DNA of 64,000 nt. Origin: Sphaerodactylus townsendi. Its lineage: Eukaryota. Each line of letters begins with the position of its first letter. Position 1 is the stretch's first letter. The stretch covers positions 67,208,001 to 67,272,000 of the forward strand of contig NC_059426.1 of assembly GCF_021028975.2 (NCBI RefSeq), written 5' to 3'. The notes beneath the pieces are model-generated. The model saw only the letters and a list, made by a program, of their open reading frames with translations, did not search any database and was not told where the DNA came from. This document shows positions 12,870 through 24,800 of the stretch, piece after piece. Position numbers and translations under genes: made by a program.

Positions 12870-15800
12870 CTGTTGGGGGTTGCAAAGACACAGGCTGTCA
12901 TTCTGAAGGGGAAAATGCAAAAGGTCTGTAAACACGCCACTAAAAATGTGGTGTTCAAAATTGGTGGACAAAATTCAGCCTACTGAAAAGTCTCATTTTT
13001 TCTCTTAATTTAAAAAAAAATGTTTTTATCTTTTGTGAAATGTACAGCACCTGTAAACAATTTCTGTTGAAGGACACTGTGTCTGGATGTAAAGGAGGCC
13101 AGAGTTCCTTCAACAGCTCCAGAGAAGAAGAAATTGTATTTGTTTTTATCTTACTTTATTCAATTTATATCCCAGCCTCCACCAATATGAAGTTGGGCTC
13201 AGAATCACTTCCAACAGCAATCACATAACAATTGACAAATTTCCTGATCAGATATCTTACACTTGTATCAGTCTGGGCCAGAGCTGAAGAAGCCCTGGCT
13301 CCGATTGAAGCAGCCAGATAACTCAGGGACCTCTGGCAGGTTGCTTCCCTGTGAGTGCCACACACCCCTCGGTAGCTGGGGCAGTCTAGAGAAGTGACCG
13401 GGATGAAGCCTAGTAAAAGCTGCACCTAATGAAATTCTTTTCAAATGTTTAAAAAATTAGTTCCAGTTTATTACTTACGTTCTATCAACCTGATGGTTGT
13501 TGGGGCAGCTCCCAATTAACATTAAATCCAAGTCACAATAAGACATCAATAAAATGAGACATGAATGATGAATGGAGGGGAAAGCATTAACAGCATCGGG
13601 GGTGGGGGATCTGGGAAAGCAGCAAAAGCTATTAAAAATTGGACCAATAACTCAAAAGAGCCGAGATAAAATTATATATTAGTCAGCATTTTAAAAAGGG
13701 ACCAGTGGATTAATATTCTTCAAGCCACACACACAAAATGGGATTGGGGCCAAGGTAAGGAGAAAATCAACCAAAACCTTAAGCAAACAAATTCGTATTA
13801 ATCTGATGCTGAAGATTTTAAAAACTTTAAAATGTAAAGGTTGTTCCTTGTGCAAGCACTAGGTCATTCCTGACATCTGAAGTTGTATCATAACGAGATA
13901 TTTACTAGGTAGGCTGTTCATTGGGTGGTTTGCCATTGCCTTCCCTAGTCATCTACGGTTTACCCCCAGCAAGCTGGGTACCTTGGAAGAATGGAAGGCT
14001 GAGTCAACCTTGGGCCGATTACCTGAAACCAACTTTGAGTCAGATCATGAGCAGAGCTCTGACTGCAGTACTGCAGCTTATTCTACACTATGAGGCTCCT
14101 TAAAAGGCACGGTTAGCACCAGTCAAGTAAGCTATGGGCAGGGCAGTCCACACCTGATGTACCACCACTGTGAGGGCTCTGCTCCTAATTATAAACTGTT
14201 TAGCGGCAGAAAGTGAGGAAAGGCAGAGCAGGAATGCCCAAGGTCCATTTTAATGGCTAGGTAGGCATATCTTCTAAGCTGAAAATGTCATGGGAGGAAG
14301 CCTTCATCACTTTGATACCAAAAACCCAACAAGAAGTACTGGAAGTATCAAGCTACAGACCCATATATCTCTTTGCTTAATGTAGACTATAAGGTATTTT
14401 ACAAAAATTCTAGCAGAAAGATTAAAAAAGAAATTTTTGAAAGAATATATTGGAGAAGATCAGGTAGGGTTTATGTCTGTGAAGAGTGGTAGAGAGAACA
14501 TAAGAATCAGTATTGGATATGATAGAGTATTTGGGACACAAAACTAGGAAAAAAAAAAGCAGCTCTAGTTTTTTCTAGATGCTGAAAAAGCCTTTGACAA
14601 TGTGAGCTTGGCAATTTATGAGAAAAAATGTTTTAGGGAAAAAGGGTTCGGATATAGAAGGAAAATTTAAGAAGGCAATTGGAATCACTATATCAAAAAC
14701 TACCGGGCATCGATATTAATAAACGGGCAAACCCAACAAAACAATTTAGAATAAAACAAAGGCAATTCAAGACAAGGTTGCCCTCTCATCACCAATATTA
14801 TTTAATTTGCAATTAGAGGTTTTGGAATGACGAGAATAAATAAGGACAAAACTTGAAAGGAATAAAAAGTCAAAGACTGGGCGATATAAGTTATAGGAGC
14901 TTTCAAGAGATGATCTAGTCTTATTTGTGGAGGAACTGGAAAAAAATTTTACCAATAATTCAAAACAAATTAATTGGACTTTGGAGAAGTATCAAGGATT
15001 CAAAGTGAATAATGAAAAAACAAAAAATTTTGCCAAAAAACCTGACAAATACAGAAAGGAACAACTTCAAAAAAAGATACAGGATATAAGGTGGGAAAAG
15101 AAAAGTGGAAATACTTTAGGTATAATACTAGAAAATCAAAAATAATGCATTGTAAGAAAATAATTATTAAAAAAAATGGGCAGAAATTGAATATGATATA
15201 TAGAAAGATGGAACAAATTAAAACCTGTCCCTTCTTAGGAAGAATTGGCGGTGATAAAAATAAAATATTATGCCTAAATTGATGTATATCCCGCAGAATG
15301 TACTAAAGTGATTCGATAATGATGTCTGGAAAAGCGATAGAGAGAAAATGGAAAAGAATATTAGTAAAATTTATTTGGAACAAAAGATCAAGAATTAAAT
15401 TATTTAACCATTAATAGATGAAAAAGAAGAAGAAGGAGGGTTAAAATTATCTGGATATACAGACATACTATGAGGCAAACTTGTTAGTCTGGATTACAGA
15501 TTGATTTTTCTAAAAGCAACCGTGAAGACATTAATATTGGAAGTTGACATGGTTTAGTTAAAGGGATGGCATGGATATCTATGGCCAGTAGGCGAAGGAA
15601 AGATAATAAACCTCTTCCAAAAACTCCATTATATTAGGAAAATATTATGGAATATATAGGGTTTAAATATAAGAGAAGATTATACCCAGAAAATGCCCAG
15701 ATGGGTTTCTTCAAGGGCTGGAAACCCTACAGGATAAAAGAGTACAACAAAGATTGGAACTGGCCAACATATGAAAATACATTAAACATAACAAACAGTG

Positions 15801-18800
15801 GAGCTGAATTAAAAAATAGAGAAGAAATTTACAATAAGGAAGTCATAAGCCACTGGTATACGTACCATCAAATATACAAGACCTTTAAAAAAGATAGAGA
15901 AAAATTGGATACTCAAATTAAGAAGAATGAATTTGATGATTTGATTAACAAAGGAAGTAGAAAACTAATTAGTAGAATATATACATTGTTGCTAAGATTT
16001 AGAACAGAACAGAATGAAGTCAAAGAAGTGATGTTAAAATGGTCATTCGATGTAAACAAAAATAGTTCAGGGATGAGTGGGAAAAATTTGGAAGCGCCAA
16101 AATAAATTCTACTTTTATCCACAAGTTTAAAAGAAAAACTTTTATATAAGGTTTATAATGAGTGAGTGGTATTATGCATGTCCAGTACAACTGTCTAGAA
16201 TGGATAATAAAAAAGGGAGACAAATGTTGGAAAATGCAGAAAAAGAAAGCGTCCTTTATCCATACATGTGGTGGAGCTTGTAGGCTTATCCAAAACCAAC
16301 TATTGGAGGAAAATAGCAAGTCAAATCGCGAGGGATTTTGAAGACTTTAAAGTCCACTTTAAGCCAGAAACATTTCTGTTAGGAATGATCTAATGATAGG
16401 AAAATATTAAGAAAATGATATTATTCTTTTTCCTTTATATGATAACCGTGGACAGAATTGAAACTTCTGCAAAAGTGCTGGAAAGAAAGAAAATACCATC
16501 TGTGAGGAATGGGAAGAAGAGGATGCACAGAAATACTGGACTTGGATCTATTAACCTGGAGATTGAAAGAACAATGTAGAAAAGATTTGAAGAAATCTGG
16601 AAACCGTTCAAATAATACCTATAAGTTGTAGTATATAAAACATTATGTTGAGAATTAGAGTAATTACCGCTATAGGACAGGAGTAAATACAACTCCTGGA
16701 AAAAGTGATCTCATGCAAAGTAATTCCATGTTTTGTTTAGTAAATGAGGATGGAAAGAAGTAAGAAATTTTCTTTTTTTGAAATATAAGAGTGATGTTTC
16801 TGTTTACTTTACTGCTACGAGTGAGGGAGAAATATTTACAAATATAAAAACATGGAAAGAGAAGGAAGTTTTAACTTGTACTGAAATTAAGTAATAGTTT
16901 TGTTGGATTGAAAGTCAATTTGTTGAATGAATTATGTTTTGGAGAGTTTTTTGAACTATGTAATACTGTATGTTGTATGTTGTTTTTAAAGCTGTAACTA
17001 AAAATTCTAATAATAAAAATTTATTAAAAAAAAAAAGATCATGAGCAGAGCTCTGACTGCAGTACTGCAGCTTATTCTACACTATGAGGCTCCTTAAAAG
17101 GCACGGTTAGCACCAGTCAAGTAGCTAAGGGCAGGGCAGTCCACACCTGATGTACCACCACTGTGAGGGCTCTGCTCCTAATGCTAAACTGTTTAGCAGC
17201 AGAAAGTGAGGAAAGGCAGAGCAGGAATGCCCAAGGTCCATTTTAATGGCTAGGTAGGCATATCTTCTAAGCTGAAAATGACACAAATGCCCTCGCCTTG
17301 TTTGCATATAGTAACCCTACTGAAGCCTCAGAAACCAAGGATGACACAGCCCTTTGTCCTTTCTCCATGGTTCTTAGACTTGTCCCTTTTTCTCCTACCC
17401 CAACAAGGCCATGCACCTTCTGAAAGGGGGCATTTCATCAAGACAGCCAAATAAAGTTTGGTGCATCTAGTACAGGGGTAGGGAACCTACGGCTCTCCAG
17501 ATGTTCAGGAACTACAATTCCCCATTGGCCCCCTACCAGCATACCACAGTGGCCACATGCTGGCAGGGCTGATGGACCAGTTCCTGAATTTATCTAGAGA
17601 GCCGCAGGTTCCCTACCCCTGATCTAGTATGTCTGTGGAAGAGGGCATAAATGTCACACTAGAAAATCACAACACTGCTTCCAAAATCAACTAATTTTGA
17701 AGTAATCTGTAGCCAATTGGTTCCCCGTGATGGCAACACACTGATGACCATCACTTACTTAAGAGGCCAGGAGGCCACTCAAGAGTCTTCTCATTTTGCA
17801 GTCCATTCCTGGCCAGTGCTGAAGTATGAATCAGGCAGTACCTTGTGTACCTGAGGTGGCAATTCATCTTCCGAGCTCTCCTCTGGGACAGGCTCTGGGT
17901 GTCGAGCGGGCTGGCCATCCTCAGCCCAGCCTCCAAGCGGCAGCCGAGCAAAGTGTGATGGGGCCCTGTGCATCATACCAGGGTCTGGGGACAGAAAGAA
18001 AAAGAAGTGGGGGCACCCCTTGTAAATCTGCTTGACATTACTAGGCTGCTCTCTCCCTGTTGCTGCCCAACCATCAGAGCTAGCTGAGCAGCAGAAATGT
18101 AAGAAAGAAATAAAATCTCTTACAACTACTCTGGGTTTTGATCTTGGAACCCCATCTTCCTCTCCTACAATAAGCAACATCCCAGCTTCCAGTTTAGAGA
18201 AACTGTTAAGCAATAACATTTACTTCACAACAAATGGCATCTTCTGTAACTGCAGCTGCAACCAAATGGCAAAAGATTTTTGACTCTCTTTAAGCTTACA
18301 GCAGTACTCTTGTGCCACAGCTAAACCTTATGCTAAACATATTGCACCCACTTACTTTCATCACTGCTAGGCAGAGACTACTGCGTGAGAACAGAAATGC
18401 TGGCAAGGGGCTCCTGGGCACAGGCAGCTCAGGCAAGAAACCTACCATGGGCTGGGCTTCCCAGTCTCCCTAGGGTGAAGGTGCTCAACATCAGGTGGCT
18501 GACATCAGTATGTATTTAGAGCTGCTAATATATACCTGAGACACCACCGTACCGGCGCTGAAAACTTGTCTGTAGAGCCGCAGTCTCCTCTCCAGTCTGG
18601 CGAGGTGAGGCAAAAGGATAGCTGGCAGACCGAGGAATTGTGCTGCTTGGAGTGCCCCGATGAGCCTCGGACTCCTCCTGGGCACTTTCACCACTCTCAT
18701 CGCTTTCCCGCCTATGCCACAAGTGCCGGTCAAGATCCAACTGGGCATGCTGCTTATGCAACTGGATGATGGAATAATAGTAGTGAGCTAATGCACAAGC

Positions 18801-21800
18801 TAGAACTATGCTCAAACTCGCCAGGACCCTACAGTGGAAGGGGTAGTGCATATGGATCCCTCTCCCTCCTTCCCAAGCCGGGATAATTCAGACCCTTGTA
18901 TTTTGTTATGTACATTTACATGAGCTTATACAGCGAAATGTATATTAACATGAACATTTATATGAACTTACACAGCAAAATCAGGAGGTGGGGGCAACAC
19001 AAAGGCCTGCATATTTCTCTGGGCTCAGCTCACCTCATGCATGTAGAGTGCATGCAGACTCATCTCTGTAGAGGCATACTCAGAAAGGATCAGGCTCTGG
19101 AGCTGACCCTCCCAGGCACTGCTGCCGGAACTAGCTGTTCGTGCGTCAGCCCTGCAGTCACGACAGAGAAATGTAAGATTCATGCTGTGATTGTAAAACC
19201 TGTCCCTTCAGATTCAAAAGCAGCCACCTCTCTTGCCCCATGCCTGAATGCACCAGCTGCCCAGAAAGTCTAACCCAAGCAGGACATCACAAGTCACAGC
19301 GCCTTTGCCTTTGATTTTTTATTTTATTTTACTGGATCTGTATCCCATCCTTCCTGACAAAGCTGGGCTCAGGGCGGAGTACAACACATTTAGAACAATT
19401 TACATAAAAATTTACCAAACTTATTTATCTAAAACAACCCAAGATGGCAACATATTTATTATATCAATAAGCAGTCTATAAAAACCACCCGGCCCAGCTC
19501 AGATAAAAACCTTAATAACAGTTGTCTAAGCATGGGCAAAATCGGGCGGGGGGGGGGGGGGAATCAGAGTACCAACGCATTGGTTATTGCAGGGGAGGCC
19601 GGCTGATGATATTGGCCCTCATTGGTGGCCTCAACCAAAGGCCCAGTGGAACATCTCTGTATTGCAGGCCCTGTGTAAGGTCCCACAGGGTCCTGGTGTC
19701 AGCTGACAGAGAGTTCCACCAAGCTGGAGCCAGGGCCAACAAATCCCTGGCACTGGTTGAGGCCAGTCACATGTCCCTGGAGCCAGGGATTACCAGAAGA
19801 TTCCCTGGGGCCAGGGATTACCAGAAGATTTTTATCAGAGGACTGAAGTGTCCTCCATGGGTAGTAAGGGGTAATGCGCTTTCGCAAATACAATGGCCCG
19901 AGATTGCTCAGGGCCTTGGAGGTTAAAATCAAAGTATTGAGCCCGAATCAGAATTCCACTGGCAACTAGTGCAGCTGCTGGGGGCAAAGATGTTATGTGC
20001 TCCCTCACCAATGTACCAATGAGAAGTTTAGTAGCTGCATTCTGAACCGATGATAGTTTCCGAGTCAGTCTCAAAGGCAGGCCCGCGTAGAGCAAGTTAC
20101 AGTAATCTAGCCTGGAGATGACCATCACATAGATCATTGTGGCCAAGTCGGGGCGGGATAGGTAGGGGGCCAGCTGCCTAGCTTGATGATAGAAAGGGCA
20201 ACAACAAGATTGCAGGCAAGCATTTACAGGACATTCACCTAACCAGTCTTAAAGAATTCTCCTTGCTGCTAATTCTGTCACGTGATTTTTTATGCTACTC
20301 AGTGAATCCTGACAGGAAAAGGTAAAGACAAAGTGGAGACCCAGTTTCAAATCCCAACTTACCCATGAAGCTTCCTCTCTCTGAGCCTGATTTACTTCAC
20401 AGAGTTTTTGAGAAAATAAAATGGACAAGGGAGAGTAATGTATGCCACTCTGAGCTCCTTGAAATAATGGCCTCAAAAAAGTGTGTGAATAGATGGATAG
20501 ATGGTTCCCCATCCCTGACACATACCCATGTACATCTGTGTTGGGGGCAGGGGGGAAGTAGGCCTGAAGTAGGCCTCAGCTGTCTGAAAGCACTCCAGGT
20601 GCTTAAAGTTTGACTTTTTTTGGTCTGGTTCCTTAACACATTCATTTCCTTACCCAGAGCCTGTCATTGTGCCAGGGCCTCGGAGATGAGGCCCATCGGC
20701 CTGGGAATTCCCACGTGTTGGCTGAGCAGACTGGAGAGGAGAGAAAGAATACATAGCAGATGCCACCTCAGACACAGCAGAGAGATGCCTTGAGGCCTGT
20801 GCTTGGTAACCCAGAACCGAGGAGCCTGCAATCACATTGGCAATCAGGCTGTGTGGCTGCAGAGAGAGAAAAGAAGAGAACACAACTCAGTCAGGAACAC
20901 AGGCATCCTTCTCCCACCACCATCTGCAATGCTCTACCACTGCAATCACACAGCAGCTTTGCCTCTGGGATTATATGTAACCAGCACCCTCCAGTGGTTC
21001 TCAACCTTCCTAATGCCACGATCCTTTAATACAGTTCCTCATGTTGTGGTGACCCCCAACCCTAACATTTATCCATTTTACGGATGGAGAACACTGATGC
21101 AGAGAGTCTCAGGCAACCCCTGTGAAAGGGTCATTCGACCCCCAAAGGGGTCACGACACACAGGTTGAGAATCTATGCAGAGCTTGGACATTAGCTGGAA
21201 CACCTTCAACATTCTAATTCCTTCTAAACAGTAACTCCAGGAAAAGGAGGTGTTGCAATTGGATGGGGGCCAGGGAACTCACTACTAAGCCAAAATATTC
21301 AGTGGGAATGAGCTTATTAATATCCATAAAGAATATTAAAGAGAGAAGTGTGAAAATAAAGATGAGTAAGAGAGGACGGTCTGTGTACGTGATTTAGAGA
21401 GCCAAAGTCAAGGGAAGTACAACAAGCTTGCTGAGGAGAAAAAAAAAAGAGAGGCAGAAAGGGCACATTTGTGAAAAATTAAGGGAGCCTTACTAGGTCA
21501 CGGTATTCTGTATTTTGAGATGCAAATTATCCCACTGATCACCAAGGCATCAATGCTCTTCACTCAGAGCAGGACACAAAACCCACTCATTCTGCTTCGC
21601 TCTTCTACGATAAGCCAGAGTTAAGCTCCATTCTAGCACCCACACCTTCCCTCCCACTTCATGCCAGGCACCTCTGATTCCGACTGCAGAGATTGGATGG
21701 AAGTGAAGAATGCGTTGTCAGGAAGGACACCCTGTTGGGCCAATGCCAAGCTGCTGTCCCGGTGCACCCGTTCCTTAAGCAAGCCAATGAAGGCCGTGCT

Positions 21801-24800
21801 CTCACGTGGTGGTTGCCAGTGTGGGTTGGTAATGGCAAAATGCATGAGGGATAGTTCTGTCTTGCCATCCTCAGCCTGCTGGTAAATGGAAGCTTCTGTC
21901 TTCCCAGCTGACATCCACTGCAAAACACAGAGGGCAAGGGCTATAGATTATCAGTGTGTGCCTCTCCCCAGCCAGCATCTTCATCTGGTACCTCCACCCA
22001 TTTACAATCGCTGAGACTCATGACAAAATGCATACAGAGGAAGGTCTATGAACACACTACCACACAAAATCATTCAAAACTTCAGGATGAACACAGTGTC
22101 TTACACTGCTTTTCACCAGGAATCAATAAGAACCAATAATATTACAGACTGAGATCTGAGAGTAGGGTACAGCCTCAACACATGTAGCTACGTTTTGGAT
22201 CTTTGCCTGGTTAAAAGCAGTGACTTCAAAGCACTGAATGGAAAAAGGTAGACTGAGGCCCAAGAGGGCAAGTCTGGCTTCTATGAAGGGTGATCAGGCT
22301 TCCTTGTTAATTGACCACCATGTTTATGTAAAAACAAGTAAGCTTCCATTCAAGCCATTCCCTTTTTGAATGAATCTTTGAGATGAACAATACAAGCCTG
22401 CGAATTCGCACTGTCAGTGCAAATGCCTGAGTGCAATATTAGCATTAATTTGCTTTTCAGAATACTTACAGGCACGACTGAGAAAAGGGTTGTTTTTCCT
22501 TTAAAACCTAAAGGTTTTAAATACACAGATCACCTCCCATAAACCAGATTAGACATACTGAAGCTACTACCTAGCATGTTTTTCATTGATTATTGCAAAT
22601 GAGAAACTCACATCATGCCCAAGGAATTAAACAAACAAATGGCTATCTGTGAGATCCCCACTCCACCCCAAACAATCCAATGTTTCTGTGACCTACTGCA
22701 GGGTGTCCATGTTGTCGCACATCCATCTGGGCAAAGGAGCAAGTGTCCCCTACACCCACCACCTCCACGGTGAAGTTGCGGAAGAAGTCAATGATTTCCA
22801 GAGATTTGGGCCTCAGACAGAAGATGAGGATCAAAGGAGTCACAATCGGGCTGAGCAGCTCTTCCAGAATGAACACCTTGAGGGTGGGGGGGAAAAGCCA
22901 CTGAATTCAAGCAATTGCCATAGCCGAGTAATACCATCAGCACAGTTTCATGGGCCGTAAGACATGAGTTACACTCCAGATGTAACTAAGGAAAACATCA
23001 TTTACTTCTTCCTGTCCTTGACACACAGGCTGTGGGATAGGGGGGATCTTCCCAGTATCTGTGGGAGCGGGAGAGTGAAGTGGGGAACCTGAGGATAAGA
23101 TGTACTGGGATCCAATTAGGGTCTCTACCCACTCCTGGGACAGCGCTTATACAATTTCCTCCCACCCACCAAATCACCCTGCCTCACCGCTTTGTACTGG
23201 AAGAGCTGTGCAAACTCATCTCGGGTCTCATATCGGTGAGCATTGCCCTGCCAGTGGTCAGGCATGTAGTGGATATGTGCCAGAATAACACGAAGCAGCT
23301 GCTCTGGGCAAAATACCAAGTGCTGGTCTGGGATGAAAGATCTGCAAGGCACAGAAGACTTTTAGAACATGTCAAAGGGATCATCAATACAGAAAGCCAA
23401 TGTAGACAGCTTGTGGGGGAAAGCAGCCTATTCTCAAGGCTTAGATGCTTAAACTTTCAGCTCCAGATTTCCCCCTTATGAAAAGAAGCAAATGTAGATG
23501 GGCATACTGATGGATACTCTTGGAGGTGCAGATTTAAAAAAATGGCCACAGCTTTATCTAAATCAGTTCACCATGGAACAGGACAAAGAATTCTAGACAT
23601 TTTTTTCTCAGTTTATAACCTGACACAATACCAACATGTGTAACCACTCTTTATCTGAAGGAAATGAGAAATAGTTCTTCACAGATGTGCAAACTCTGTC
23701 CATACTCTTATTGTCTGGATTCCTGTAAAGTTGATGGGTGAGTTCCAAGAATACGGTTTCAATCTAAGGTCAATATTATCATTATATATACAATGACAGG
23801 CTTCCATCAAAAAATATACATATAACAAAGCTAAATTTTGGAGATGGACATTGTTATCCTACAGCCCCCTCCCCCTGATATATCACTATCATACGGGTTC
23901 CTTTTAGTTCTCCGAGGTCTTCTGATGCTTTCAGATGTGGACATCGAAGCGTTTTCTCTAGTCCAACTTCCTTACACAAGCTCCATGCTGCCCTAGCCTA
24001 TTTCCCCAGATCACTGTGTGACCCCATTTATGGGTCTGCCCCACTTGATCCTGCAAAAAGGGGGAGGAAGATTTAAGGTTCCACTCTCTGCAATATATCA
24101 TAGCTCCACAAAGAACAGATGTCACAGGGAAAATGACTTTTAGTCAGCACCAGTGTGATTATGGAAATGGTGAAGAGGCTCTCCTGGATAAGCTAAAAGA
24201 CAGGCAGGATCAAGTTTCAAGTTCATGAACCTCGAAAGGGCCTTACCAATAATTATAAAAGAGGGAAAAGAGCAGCACAGTCAGTTTGTATCTTAACAAC
24301 CTCATTAGTGTTTGACAGTGTTGAACAACTTTTGCTGTTTGATGTGCTTTTAGTCAGGAGAATGCTTTTAGCTTCTGCTTGTCAGTTATCTGGTTGGGTG
24401 CTTCTCTTAGCAACCAGCATAATCACCTACCTAGCAACGCCCTCAGAAAACAAAAACCTCTGCCACAAGGGCTTCCATCTGCAGCCAAATGTACTCACCT
24501 GCAGACTGTAACAGCCACACCCAGAAGTGTGACTGTAGTGAGCACGTGCTCCACAGCAAGCACATCCTCGTCATAAATTGTCAGAGCAATGAGGACAGCA
24601 AGGATGGAGCCAGCAAAGAAGGCTATGTTCTTGGCCACAATAGTGAATAGGGGCGAAATGAAACAGTTCATATACTTAGAAGCTGGCTTGTAGCCCTTGC
24701 TGAGGCGTGAATGCAGCTCATGGTCCAGCTCATTGAAGTGCCGAAGGTAGCAGCGGCCGTAGAGGGACCAGCAGCGGGCGCCCAGGCTGCCAGGCTCTCG

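Noticed and set aside
15647-16105. 152-aa ORF as an independent gene
   Set aside because: It is an internal fragment of the L1 ORF2.
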